A stretch of 47,065 bases of DNA from a virus (Duplodnaviria; Caudoviricetes), in the IMG/VR virus record IMGVR_UViG_3300025723_001637, positions 1 to 47,065 of that record; one strand, given 5' to 3'. A program made the translations under genes and the position numbers. The notes under the pieces were generated by a model. The model was not told the origin of the DNA, ran no database searches, and saw only the letters and a list, made by a program, of their open reading frames with translations. This document shows, piece after piece, positions 1 through 9,351 of this stretch (its first letter is position 1; each line of letters begins with the position of its first letter).

Positions 1-2
1 GG

Positions 3-863
3 TCCAGCACCTCAGCAGAAAGAAAAGCCATTAGAGACGGAGATAGTTGCTCAAATCCTTACACCTCAGGCCTAACTGGAAGTCAAACTATTGCATTTGA
101 TGCCAATCAATTTGTGTATGAAAGTATCAATGTCTTGGCCTATGCTCGTAACGCCGCAGGAGTAGCCTACAGTCCCACAGTGTTGTCCTGGACTCCTACA
201 ATTTGTTTGGCCGAAGGCACACTGGTAACTCTAGCCGACGGCGGCACCAAGGCCATTGAGAACATCACTATGAGTGATAGTATCCAGGTTTGGGATTTTG
301 ATACGGCAGCGGCTACAGCCGCTACACCGTTGTGGATCAAACGCCAAGAGTCCACTACACAGTATAACTTGATTAGGTTCAGCGACGGAAGTGAACTCAA
401 AACTGTTAGCCAACACCGTATCTTCAACAAAGAAGCAGGCGCATTTACATACCCAATGACTGATGATACTCCCGTTGGAACTACTACAGTCAAAGCAGAT
501 GGATCCGAAGTCACTGTGGTCAGTAAGCGGATTGTTTACGAAAAAGTCAACTACTACAATGTGGTAACTGCTGGTGGCTACATGAACTTGTATGCCAACA
601 GTATATTGACTTCTTTACGATTCAACAATATCTATCCTATTGCCAACATGCGCTATGTCAAAGATGGTCGCACATTAAGACCCGCCACTGAGTTTAGCAC
701 AGCTGGTATTGCAGATCGTTGGATCACAGGCCTACGCTTGCCTGAGCAAACTACTGCACTAGATGAGCTCAAGAAATATATTACTCGTATGGAACGGAAC
801 GAAGCAGGGTTACAGCCATTAAGTGTGGCACCAAACTGGAAATTAGGAAAATTAAAAATATAG
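3..863 (+). CDS. Hint-domain (Hedgehog/intein-like) protein, 5'-truncated; probable virion or tail-associated protein
   Basis: Frame is open from base 3. An FN3-like 'LAYARNAAGVAYS' precedes a Hint start 'TI/CLAEGTLVTLADGGTKAIENI' (Cys at 204-206), then 'KTVSQHRIF' and 'YYNVVT..NLYANSILTS'. Confidence 0.8.
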   Translation, partial: SSTSAERKAIRDGDSCSNPYTSGLTGSQTIAFDANQFVYESINVLAYARNAAGVAYSPTVLSWTPTICLAEGTLVTLADGGTKAIENITMSDSIQVWDFDTAAATAATPLWIKRQESTTQYNLIRFSDGSELKTVSQHRIFNKEAGAFTYPMTDDTPVGTTTVKADGSEVTVVSKRIVYEKVNYYNVVTAGGYMNLYANSILTSLRFNNIYPIANMRYVKDGRTLRPATEFSTAGIADRWITGLRLPEQTTALDELKKYITRMERNEAGLQPLSVAPNWKLGKLKI

Positions 864-973
864 TATGTCCTTGGTAGTAATTACATACAACGTTGCTTAC
901 TATCAGCTAAGATTTGGATTTTAGCCGCTTGGAATAATTTTTTTGATATAAATAATGGTATAAAGGGGTTGAT

Positions 974-1891
974 ATGCCAATAGCTCAAAATATACCAGTT
1001 GCTCCCAGTTCTGTAGAAATTCGCCAGGCACAACGTGCTCAAGAACGTGCATTACGAGAAGCACACGAAGCTCAACTTATCACAGAGGCTCAACAACGAA
1101 TCAAGGTTATACCCAAATATCACTGGCGCAGAGATCCACCCGACGCTAGAGATCACATATACCAACCGGTGCAATCTCTAGCTACCAGCTGGGCCAATAG
1201 ATTTACCAAACCTGGCATGTCCAAAATAGATCTACGCATTTATGCCAGCCCTATTGATGATCAAGGCAATCTAGGTTCATGCACCGGTAATGCCATTGCA
1301 GGTGCTATTGATTTATTAGATAAAAAGATCAACAAAGTTGAACGGGTAAGTAGATTGTTTATCTACTACCAAGAAAGGTTGCTGGAAGGAGATATCCATC
1401 AAGACAATGGAGCATACATACGTGATGGCATTAAGGCTTGCTATACCTGGGGTGCTCCCTCTGAAAATCTTTGGCCTTACAATGTATTAAAATTTGCAGT
1501 GCAGCCCACTCCGCAAGCATATTCAGATGCACTCACTAGAAAAATTACCAGTTATGCTCGCTGTACAGATTTTGCCGCGGTTAAAAATGCGATCAGCACA
1601 GGTCATCCTGTGATAGTGGGATTTGATGTTTACAGTAGTTTTGAATCAGATGCGGTAGCGCAGACTGGCATGATGACATATCCTGATACTCAACATGAAC
1701 AACTGCTGGGCGGTCATGCAGTTTGTTTGATTGGGTACGATGATAGCTTGAACGGTGGAAGATTCATTGCTCGCAATTCGTGGGGAACAGGCTGGGGCGA
1801 CAAAGGTTATTTTTACATGCCCTATCAGGTAATTCAAAATACCGCAATGAGTTCTGATTTTTGGACTATTAATACAGTTCATAATCCATAA
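974..1891 (+). CDS. Papain-like cysteine protease (peptidase C1A)
   Basis: QGNLGSCTGNA (Gln/Cys), GGHAV (His), RNSWGTGWGDKGYF (Asn); TATAAATA upstream near 947-954. Confidence 0.93.
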   Translation: MPIAQNIPVAPSSVEIRQAQRAQERALREAHEAQLITEAQQRIKVIPKYHWRRDPPDARDHIYQPVQSLATSWANRFTKPGMSKIDLRIYASPIDDQGNLGSCTGNAIAGAIDLLDKKINKVERVSRLFIYYQERLLEGDIHQDNGAYIRDGIKACYTWGAPSENLWPYNVLKFAVQPTPQAYSDALTRKITSYARCTDFAAVKNAISTGHPVIVGFDVYSSFESDAVAQTGMMTYPDTQHEQLLGGHAVCLIGYDDSLNGGRFIARNSWGTGWGDKGYFYMPYQVIQNTAMSSDFWTINTVHNP

Positions 1892-1910
1892 AAAACCACA
1901 AGGAGCTAGC

Positions 1911-2207
1911 ATGGGATTCACAGTCAAAGGCACAACAACCATTGAGACACAACAGGCAGGAGCCACACAAAGTTTCAACAACTACGGCATCACTGCAGGA
2001 GATGGCGTATTCTCAGATGCGGCCTCAGTTACTACAGGCACTCCGGGATGGACAGATATACAAGTGGGTTGGTATGCCTACGGCGCTGACTTAGTAAATG
2101 GAATAATCACTGCCATTGATCATGCAACCGGTGCAGTATCAGTGAGTTTGGGTCAGTTTGATCCTGGACATCTCTACACTTTTTCTTCTACACCGTTTCC
2201 AGTCTAA
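1911..2207 (+). CDS. Hypothetical protein, Gly/Thr-rich, possibly structural
   Basis: ORF with AGGAG Shine-Dalgarno. Confidence 0.7.
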   Translation: MGFTVKGTTTIETQQAGATQSFNNYGITAGDGVFSDAASVTTGTPGWTDIQVGWYAYGADLVNGIITAIDHATGAVSVSLGQFDPGHLYTFSSTPFPV

Positions 2208-2554
2208 TTAGATATTTTGATATGTCTGCATGCACCACGGAATTTGTATCCTGTGCAAGAGCATGATAAATGACCAGACTTTTCAGTCACAGTGTACTTG
2301 TCGCCTTTTGAACCTGTTACTGTCCAAGATTTTCCAGCAGGAGGCAATTCCTCATCTACAGAGAAATCTGTGGTATTGGGTACTTCTCGGAATTTACGCC
2401 CACGTAAATCCAACTTCAATGGTGTTGAAAATTTGAACAATTCTGTTTTGCCAGCAGGAATATAAGCATAGGCCCGGCTTTTTGAATCATCCATGAAGTA
2501 GGTATGATTGGGAGTTTTTTCTTGCCACTTGGTAATTTCTTGAAATACTTTCAT
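2204..2554 (-). CDS. SWIM zinc-finger protein
   Basis: C-terminal 'VTGSKGDKYTV...CSCTGYKFRGACRH' (CxC-x8-CxH). Confidence 0.75.
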   Translation of the reverse strand: MKVFQEITKWQEKTPNHTYFMDDSKSRAYAYIPAGKTELFKFSTPLKLDLRGRKFREVPNTTDFSVDEELPPAGKSWTVTGSKGDKYTVTEKSGHLSCSCTGYKFRGACRHIKISN

Positions 2555-2560
2555 ACTGTT

Positions 2561-2740
2561 TCACTCGGTTTGTTGTTTTACAAAATCCATGAGCTCACCG
2601 TAAAATTCTTCATATGCACCGGCAACCTCATCATCAAGGTTGTCGTAATTGTCTCCTAGCACTTTGATGCAATGTAGGAGACCTGGTTGTCCCATTTCAC
2701 GGTGGATATTTGCTATAATCTGAAATGCACTGACTGCCAT
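2561..2740 (-). CDS. Hypothetical small protein
   Basis: Start reassigned to MAVSAF at 2740, downstream of an AAGGAG SD and a sigma70 promoter. Confidence 0.7.
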   Translation of the reverse strand: MAVSAFQIIANIHREMGQPGLLHCIKVLGDNYDNLDDEVAGAYEEFYGELMDFVKQQTE

Positions 2741-2770
2741 ATGTTGCTCCTTGTTTTTTAATATATCTAT

Positions 2771-2799
2771 ATTATAACAAAAGGATACTTTTTGGTCAA
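2771..2799 (-). promoter_or_regulatory. Sigma70-type (early) promoter
   Basis: TTGACC-17 nt-TATAAT with extended -10 TG. Confidence 0.8.
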
Positions 2800-3857
2800 C
2801 CAACTAATAACCCTTGATTTTGCAGGGTTTTTAGGGCACAATTTGCTGACATTGCCCAACTAAATTCTTTTCTAATAATATTACTGTTTTTTAGGGCATT
2901 TTGGGCCAGAAATGCATTGTGAGTTTTACTCAACATCATACACTCTGCAAGATGCGAAACACTGGGTTGTGCCCATACTCCCCAATTGTTGTCTGTTTCA
3001 GGATAGTGTGATCGATAAGTATCACATGTGACAGGAACTAGATCATAGTCCACAGGAACCATACTGGAAGTTATGTGTTGCAGATATTCAGTGTGCCCAC
3101 TGTAGTTGGTTGTGATTATGGGCAGTCCCGAAGCAGCAGCTTCAATTATAGGCAGGCCCCAGGCTTCTCCTTTGGTGGCTGCAACCAAAATATCACATTG
3201 ATTGTAGATTGCAGACATATTTTCTACTGCTCCTATTACCGCAGTGACATTATCTAATTGTAATGTTTTTACCAGTTGTTCTATTTCATTAATTCCGGGT
3301 TTGAGATAGTGAGATTTGATTATGAGTTCAATTGCAGGGTCGTTGCCAAATGCAACTGCAAAAGCGCGAATTGTTTCTTCCAAACTTTTCCGAGTTTCAT
3401 ACTTGCCTACAAATAAAAATCTAAAAGGGCGAGTATGTTTACTACGACTAAATGGATGATACATGTCAGGATCTACACCTTCGGGCACAATATGAATTTT
3501 GTTAGATGCTATGTTGTGTGCCAGTAAGATCTGTGCTCCCCAAGAACTAGGCACCCAAACACTGTCAGCTGGTGTTAAATTAATCTTAACTGTGGTGGGT
3601 ATTTTTGTGCTTTCAAATACACACCACTGAACATTGTGTCCTAAAAAAAACTCATGTATGTTTCCAGCGATAAAACTTATGTTGACATCATCAGGTTTGC
3701 TTTTGCTTATTGCGTCATAAAACTGTTGTTGATTTTCAAAATCTACTTCTTCTACCATATTGCCGATACCTTGTATACGACCAATGGCATCTGCAAAACC
3801 TGCAAAGTGTATACCAATACCTAAATTGTTACGTTTGCCAATCAGTCGTATTTTCAT
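2796..3857 (-). CDS. Glycosyltransferase, GT-B fold (GT4-like)
   Basis: 'FLFVGKYETRK', 'GEAWGLPIIEAAASGLPIITT' (E-x7-E), 'FSW'; ATGA overlap with the upstream gene puts the start at 3857. Confidence 0.9.
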   Translation of the reverse strand: MKIRLIGKRNNLGIGIHFAGFADAIGRIQGIGNMVEEVDFENQQQFYDAISKSKPDDVNISFIAGNIHEFFLGHNVQWCVFESTKIPTTVKINLTPADSVWVPSSWGAQILLAHNIASNKIHIVPEGVDPDMYHPFSRSKHTRPFRFLFVGKYETRKSLEETIRAFAVAFGNDPAIELIIKSHYLKPGINEIEQLVKTLQLDNVTAVIGAVENMSAIYNQCDILVAATKGEAWGLPIIEAAASGLPIITTNYSGHTEYLQHITSSMVPVDYDLVPVTCDTYRSHYPETDNNWGVWAQPSVSHLAECMMLSKTHNAFLAQNALKNSNIIRKEFSWAMSANCALKTLQNQGLLVG

Positions 3858-4300
3858 TTGTAAATCCATCCAAGGTCTTGTATTTTATGCATCCATGTAA
3901 ACACCGGCACTTCAAATTGTAATCTCCAAATTCCATTCCAACCAAGATAGTCATGACATTTTAGTTCCTCGGCCAAGATAATATTTTGATTTTTTTGTTC
4001 AGTGGCCCAGGGTTCCGGATAAATGGGATGATACAATCCTGCCCATATAAATTTTGGATCTGCAATACCAAAAAAACTTAGGTGTTCTATAACAACTGCG
4101 GTATCAGGATCATTATTGGTTTTGTTTACCAGTTCAACACTAATCTCTGATGTAGTGTGTGTTGAAAAACAAAAATCAAATTTGGTAGTACTGGTCAACG
4201 TCACAGAGTTGAGATTATTGTTGACTCCAAGATTAATCATTGGTGGATCAATTTTGTAAACTGGTCTAACAGTTAATGATAGTTCAACTGGGTATATCAT
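3854..4300 (-). CDS. Hypothetical protein
   Basis: ORF overlapping both the radical SAM and glycosyltransferase genes. Confidence 0.7.
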   Translation of the reverse strand: MIYPVELSLTVRPVYKIDPPMINLGVNNNLNSVTLTSTTKFDFCFSTHTTSEISVELVNKTNNDPDTAVVIEHLSFFGIADPKFIWAGLYHPIYPEPWATEQKNQNIILAEELKCHDYLGWNGIWRLQFEVPVFTWMHKIQDLGWIYK

Positions 4301-5591
4301 ATCCAAATTGAGTTAAAATACTATTCCATTCGGGGTATAGTTCTCGAGCATCATACCCGTACACACGATCCCATTTTTCACAATGACGAACCATGGCTTC
4401 CAACTGAGTCTCAGCGTCGACCGGATCTGGTGTGTTCAATACTGACAAACACATTTCTGCTTCTTCTTTGATTATTAATTGAAAATTGTTTATGTTACTG
4501 GCATTGTAATCCCCAGTAGCAATAATATGATCAAACTGCGACAAAAAATTTTTGTATTTTATTTTATAAAGTTCTTTGATTTCTTGTGGCAATATTTCAG
4601 CACACAAAAATCTTGGAGACTCACACAGATTGCTTTTAATTATAAATTTATTTTCCAGAGCGTATTGTAGTAGTTCAGTATAATATCCAATGGTCAATAT
4701 ACTAGGAGCAGGTCTCAATGACACAGTTATACTTGAGTTATTGCACCACTGTTGATATTTTTTGATATTGTCTAATACCTGACTTGTATCGGTTCCTTGT
4801 CGCTGATAAGCATTATGATTGTCCACAGTTTCTAAACTGATTTCCAATCCGACTCTGCGAAATTTACTCAATTTATCTAGTAACTCTGCACGAAAAACAG
4901 TGCCATTGGTTACAAAACTAAAACAAAGATCAAATCTTTTGTGTTCAATCATGGTATCGACTAAATCATCAAATCGGCGAGTCAGTAAAGTTTCTCCTCC
5001 CATAAAGTGAATATTATTTAAGTTAGGAATATCCAATAGTTGCAGTTTAAAGTTTTCCCAGACGTTGGAGTTTCTTGTCCAATCAGTGCCCAGGTATTTG
5101 TCACTGGATTGTATTCCCCACTGAACGTGTTGACTGGCAATAGTGCTGCTGGCTTCAGGACGACACATTTTACAAGCTAAATTACAAAAATTTCCTAAAT
5201 CTACGTGTAGATCCACTGGTTGTGTAGCAGTAGTAGTGCTGGAAAAATGTTTGAAGCCCGGGCTTTGCTGAAAACTAGGATCAAAAGCAGTGCGGGTAAA
5301 TATCACACTTTTTTGATTGCTCCTAAGTCTACGACTAGTTGCACCGTGAGTTTCTTCTGCATAGCATCTCTGGCACTCTGATAATTTTTCATTGCCTAAA
5401 ATTTTTTGTCTAAAATTTTTCACTGGATCACTGTTAAACCATTCGTTTATGCTCATTGTGGCAATGTTAAATTTTTTTTCTAAAGGTGAATATAATTTAT
5501 GTGCTTCTTGACAACAAATACCCAGGCTGCCGTCCCAATAGATATGTATTTCGTACCAAGGTGTGTTGCAAAAAATATTTTTATTGGGCAT
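4284..5591 (-). CDS. Radical SAM protein with N-terminal SPASM/twitch-like Cys cluster
   Basis: CNLACKMC (CxxxCxxC), 'FMGGETL', 'VTNGT'; N-terminal 'FCNTPW...GICC...CQRC'. Confidence 0.9.
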   Translation of the reverse strand: MPNKNIFCNTPWYEIHIYWDGSLGICCQEAHKLYSPLEKKFNIATMSINEWFNSDPVKNFRQKILGNEKLSECQRCYAEETHGATSRRLRSNQKSVIFTRTAFDPSFQQSPGFKHFSSTTTATQPVDLHVDLGNFCNLACKMCRPEASSTIASQHVQWGIQSSDKYLGTDWTRNSNVWENFKLQLLDIPNLNNIHFMGGETLLTRRFDDLVDTMIEHKRFDLCFSFVTNGTVFRAELLDKLSKFRRVGLEISLETVDNHNAYQRQGTDTSQVLDNIKKYQQWCNNSSITVSLRPAPSILTIGYYTELLQYALENKFIIKSNLCESPRFLCAEILPQEIKELYKIKYKNFLSQFDHIIATGDYNASNINNFQLIIKEEAEMCLSVLNTPDPVDAETQLEAMVRHCEKWDRVYGYDARELYPEWNSILTQFGYDIPS

Positions 5592-5647
5592 TTGTTTTTA
5601 TATATGTGAATAACCATAAGTATAACATATTCTGTGGAAAAAAAGCA

Positions 5648-7207
5648 ATGCGCGACCTACTTGATTTAATAGATAATTTAACTGAAAGCCGAGGCCTTAG
5701 TGCTCGTAACCCTGGAGAAGTATATTCTCGTGGCGATAGTGCCGACGATAAAATTATCTTCCAAGGTTTGACATTTTATCCAGAAGTTGGTAGCTATGCT
5801 AATTCACAAGAAATGATTGATGCATTTACTCAATTACAGGATAGACTTGGTCGTGAGATCGAGCAAGTGAATCGTCCAAACGCTAGAACTCGTGCATTTG
5901 GTATTGCCGAATTTGATACTGCGGTAGGGCGTAGATACTTGGCTAAATTTGCCGAAGAAATCAAACCTGTTCGCACACAAAATACATTTTTTCAAACCAA
6001 AGATATCCCCGGTGGGTTCAGCCAAACTGATGCACGAGGATCAAAAGAAAAAGCAGGGTACAAGCCCAGCGACGTGCTGACTGAATTTAAAAGTCAAACT
6101 CCAGAAAGTATCTTGGCACAGATTGCAGCCAAGTTTGGCGAACAGAGCGATGAGTATCGTGCAGCCACTATTATTGCCTCTACAGATCGATTTCCTGTGA
6201 GCGTGCCTGCTGGCAACATGGATTTCACTGGATTTCGTGACTATTTTTGTGAAATGTTGCAACCTATTGTGTTGATACGTGGTATCCCTGTAAAGGGCAA
6301 CGCAGCCAAAGCAGCAGAAATTTTCATGGGACAAGATGGCTTTGCTGGATCTGTTGTGAGTTTCAATCAAAATGTCAGCGGTGGCTTATACGACAGCTTG
6401 TTGATCAGTCCCGAAGGCAAGCAAATCAAACTCAGTTCAAAAGGTGCCAAAGGTGCTATGGCCAGTAGCATAAATTTGCTGACCAGTGTGCGTGAACTTG
6501 AAGCTGCAGGAATGACACAATTTCGTAAACAGTATGCTGATGTGATTGAGATATTAGAAACCATCGACAAGGGAGATCACAATTCTGGACCATTGGCCTT
6601 GGCAGTTGAACAAAAACTTATAACTCCTGCTGAAGTTGCAGAAATCATGAGTCTAAAACAGTATGCCGGTGTCAAAGATTTTGACATTGACAGCGTCAAC
6701 ATATCTAAAAACTTGAAAAAGATCTATAAAGATCGCAAAGCAGATGATCCTGCCAAAGTCGTGCCGCTGAATCACATGGTGGCCAGTATTGCCTACAAAG
6801 TGGTTAACCATATCAACATGACCACCAACTTCAGCGATGCGGCAGCAGACATTCTTAATAACTCTGCATTTGTGCAGATGTATACCGAAGCCAAAAATGC
6901 CAAAACAGAATTTATCATTCAAGGATTCAACACTGTATGGCCCAGCAAGTTGTTTACTGAAGTCACCCTAGAAGCACAAAAAAGTTATTCCAGTACTTCT
7001 AGTTCAAGTGGTAAGTTGGTATTTAACATCAACAAAGAGCCCAAGATCGAACCCAATGTGGAAAAAGATGCTGTTACAGGCAACTCAGAACGAGATCAAG
7101 CTGGTGAATTGGTTGATTATATTCCACCGCGTAGCAATGTCAAAGCTTATCAAGAACCCGAAAAACTAGGCACCGAAAAGACCCTGGGTCGCAAGCGTCA
7201 ACGATAA
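5648..7207 (+). CDS. Hypothetical protein, putative virion (head) protein
   Basis: Start reassigned to MRDLLDLIDNLTES, an N-terminus with an L-x-E site like those cut by T4-type prohead proteases; TAAGTA upstream. Confidence 0.65.
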   Translation: MRDLLDLIDNLTESRGLSARNPGEVYSRGDSADDKIIFQGLTFYPEVGSYANSQEMIDAFTQLQDRLGREIEQVNRPNARTRAFGIAEFDTAVGRRYLAKFAEEIKPVRTQNTFFQTKDIPGGFSQTDARGSKEKAGYKPSDVLTEFKSQTPESILAQIAAKFGEQSDEYRAATIIASTDRFPVSVPAGNMDFTGFRDYFCEMLQPIVLIRGIPVKGNAAKAAEIFMGQDGFAGSVVSFNQNVSGGLYDSLLISPEGKQIKLSSKGAKGAMASSINLLTSVRELEAAGMTQFRKQYADVIEILETIDKGDHNSGPLALAVEQKLITPAEVAEIMSLKQYAGVKDFDIDSVNISKNLKKIYKDRKADDPAKVVPLNHMVASIAYKVVNHINMTTNFSDAAADILNNSAFVQMYTEAKNAKTEFIIQGFNTVWPSKLFTEVTLEAQKSYSSTSSSSGKLVFNINKEPKIEPNVEKDAVTGNSERDQAGELVDYIPPRSNVKAYQEPEKLGTEKTLGRKRQR

Positions 7208-7783
7208 TTATTTTTTGAGATCACTGACATAATCGCAGATGTTGAGTTTGAGTGCTTCATCGGCGCCTAGCCAAACATCCTGCGGTGGCAATAGATATTT
7301 GCGTATGGCCTTGTCATCCAGTCCTGTAGCAGTTTTATACAGATCCAACATGCGCTGAAAAGTGAGTTCATACTCTTTTACCTGTGCAAACAGCTCATGA
7401 GCCTTGCCATCACTGCCCCAACTGTACTGATGACTCAGTATGCTTGTGTTGGGTGTGAGCACTCTACGACCTGCCGCGCCAGCAATGAATATGCAAAGTC
7501 CTGCGCTGGCTATTTGTCCTAGTCCCACAGTTTTCACAGGAATCTCACTGGCTCTCATGACATCTATCAGTGCAAAAGCAGATTGAAGATCACCACCTTC
7601 ACTGCAAATCATTAGCAGTAGTTCTTTGGCTTTCTTTTTGCGCACATGATTTTCTACCAGAATCCATTCAATGATTGGCTTGATGGATTCGGAACTGACT
7701 GGTTCCATAAAAACATACATGCCGGTATCATTCAACAGTTGTGAATGATCTTTTACCATAGTGTCATTGTCTGATGTGGCCAT
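7208..7783 (-). CDS. clpP: ATP-dependent Clp protease proteolytic subunit
   Basis: 'ICSEGG', 'GLGQIASAG' (Ser), 'ILSHQ' (His), 'DVWLGADEALKLNICD'. Confidence 0.9.
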   Translation of the reverse strand: MATSDNDTMVKDHSQLLNDTGMYVFMEPVSSESIKPIIEWILVENHVRKKKAKELLLMICSEGGDLQSAFALIDVMRASEIPVKTVGLGQIASAGLCIFIAGAAGRRVLTPNTSILSHQYSWGSDGKAHELFAQVKEYELTFQRMLDLYKTATGLDDKAIRKYLLPPQDVWLGADEALKLNICDYVSDLKK

Positions 7784-7847
7784 ATTAGTTTAGTGAGTGT
7801 ATACATGTATTATAGCATGTTATAATGGTTCTGCAACTACTTATGGC

Positions 7848-7878
7848 AAAAAAATCCAGTATCAAAATACTGGATTTT
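7848..7878 (-). terminator. Rho-independent terminator after the phasin-like gene
   Basis: Inverted repeat AAAATCCAGTAT-caaa-ATACTGGATTTT; the minus strand ends in a T7 run. Confidence 0.75.
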
Positions 7879-7896
7879 GGTAGAACAATCGCTGGT

Positions 7897-8166
7897 TTAT
7901 TTTTTACTTGGAGTAAATGCTTCAACCATTTTGTCCATGATTTTTACATAGTCAATCTTGGTAGCAGATTGTGCCGCTTTGACAGATTCACTGATCAAGG
8001 TTGTCATTGTATCTGTGCCTGCTTTGGCAGCTTTTTTGGTATATTCTGATTGTGCATCAACAAAATCATTGAGTGCGGCTGCAATATCTTTGTTTTGAAC
8101 AAAAGTGTTGACGAAAGTTTTTTTGCCAGTTTGGATGGCGTCGATTGTGGAATCAATTGCAAACAT
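7897..8166 (-). CDS. Phasin-like small amphipathic helical protein
   Basis: 89 aa, Ala/Thr/Lys-rich and helical (MFAIDSTIDAIQTGKKTFVNTFV...FVDAQSEYTKKAAKA); own promoter, SD and terminator. Family call is by recall, not search. Confidence 0.6.
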   Translation of the reverse strand: MFAIDSTIDAIQTGKKTFVNTFVQNKDIAAALNDFVDAQSEYTKKAAKAGTDTMTTLISESVKAAQSATKIDYVKIMDKMVEAFTPSKK

Positions 8167-8171
8167 TTTAT

Positions 8172-8190
8172 TTTCCTTTATTAAGCGAAA
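8172..8190 (-). promoter_or_regulatory. ROSE-like SD-sequestering hairpin
   Basis: UUUC-G-CUU-aaua-AAG-GAAA; U(U/C)GCU with a bulged G opposite the SD. Confidence 0.5.
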
Positions 8191-8228
8191 TGTTATCAAG
8201 ACCCGCCCCATGCAGCGTCTTGTATGTT

Positions 8229-8260
8229 ATTATATATGATAATTATCGTGCAATGCAACA
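8229..8260 (-). promoter_or_regulatory. Promoter with overlapping PhaR-like operator
   Basis: TTGCAT-18 nt-TATAAT; TGTTGCATTGCACGA (TGC-N3-GCA) overlaps the -35. Confidence 0.55.
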
Positions 8261-8261
8261 A

Positions 8262-8969
8262 CTATTTGTAGTGAATGGTCACTAATTTTAGCAATTCAAA
8301 TATTTTCAAGTACACCCAGCCGATGTCGATTTCCCACCATTTACGGCTGAGTCTTGGATTACCGGGGGCAATATGGTGATTGTTGTGCAACTCCTCGCCA
8401 CCCACAAGAATACCCCAAGGTACAAGATTATGACTATGATCGTGTGTTTTTGCATTTCTATATCCTATCCAATGTGCTAGGCCGTTTATGACTCCTGCTG
8501 CCCAGAATGGAATCCAAATCATCTGGATTCCCCAAATTACAAATCCCCAGGCCCCAAATACTGCAACATCTATAATCAACATTAGCATTATGCCCAATCG
8601 ACTGTGTTTGCTGTAGATTTCTTTTTCAATCCAATCATCCGGAGTGCCACGACCGTAAAATTTAACCATATCCAGATCTTTTACTGCTTTGCTGTATAAC
8701 CCTGCACCGGTAAACAACACACGCCAAATACCATCCACGTGCGGGCTGTGTGGATCTCCGTATCTATCACTGTATCTATGATGTTTTCTGTGTACTGCTA
8801 CCCATTGTTTGGTGATCATGCCTGTGGTCAGCCATAACCAGAAGCGCATAAAATGAGAAAGCACTGGATGAAAGTCCAGTGCTCTGTGAGCTTGTGCACG
8901 ATGCAAGTACAGTGTGACACATACTATAGTGATATGTGTCATCACCAAGGTAGTGATAATTTCATTCAT
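8262..8969 (-). CDS. Membrane fatty-acid desaturase (delta-9/DesA-like)
   Basis: Three His boxes: HRAQAH, HRKHH, HNNHH; 'WWEIDIGW'; transmembrane segments. Confidence 0.92.
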   Translation of the reverse strand: MNEIITTLVMTHITIVCVTLYLHRAQAHRALDFHPVLSHFMRFWLWLTTGMITKQWVAVHRKHHRYSDRYGDPHSPHVDGIWRVLFTGAGLYSKAVKDLDMVKFYGRGTPDDWIEKEIYSKHSRLGIMLMLIIDVAVFGAWGFVIWGIQMIWIPFWAAGVINGLAHWIGYRNAKTHDHSHNLVPWGILVGGEELHNNHHIAPGNPRLSRKWWEIDIGWVYLKIFELLKLVTIHYK

Positions 8970-8984
8970 TGCTACTATTTAGCA

Positions 8985-9293
8985 TCAGGCAGTTGCAACT
9001 GACTTCAATCGGGGTTCTGCATAGTTTTCTTCTACAACTAGATTATTGTCTCGTGCAAAATTCAAAGCAAATTCCCAGGCCAGTGGCTCAATATTTTGAA
9101 CTTCAGGATCTATTGCGACACATCTGACGCCATTGACCAGCACAGGCATGATATATTTGGAATATTTTACAGTTCTGATACCTGGTGGACTTTTGGTGCC
9201 ACAAAAGGCCAAGGTTGAACACAATCTTTCACTCCAGTCACTGGGTCGGAACAATGCGCCTGCGTTGGTTACACCTTGGATCAAGTATTTCAT
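8985..9293 (-). CDS. DUF3579-like protein
   Basis: 'IQGVT..G.LFRPSDWSERL...FALNFARDNNL' matches the betaproteobacterial DUF3579 signature. Confidence 0.8.
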   Translation of the reverse strand: MKYLIQGVTNAGALFRPSDWSERLCSTLAFCGTKSPPGIRTVKYSKYIMPVLVNGVRCVAIDPEVQNIEPLAWEFALNFARDNNLVVEENYAEPRLKSVATA

Positions 9294-9349
9294 TTGAAAC
9301 GTTCAGGGTAGTTTAGTCTTTCCCATTCTTCATCACTTACGGGCCACAT
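9290..9349 (-). CDS. 19-aa microprotein MWPVSDEEWERLNYPERFK
   Basis: Hand-translated; ATGA overlap with the DUF3579 start; begins 2 nt after the upstream stop. Confidence 0.5.
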   Translation of the reverse strand: MWPVSDEEWERLNYPERFK

Positions 9350-9351
9350 GA

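Noticed and set aside
204-620. Canonical self-splicing intein
   Set aside because: No terminal His-Asn followed by Cys/Ser/Thr and no endonuclease domain; treated as a Hedgehog-like Hint instead.
5486-5647. N-terminal extension of the 573-aa ORF
   Set aside because: Overlaps the divergent radical SAM gene; ATG at 5648 is the more plausible start.
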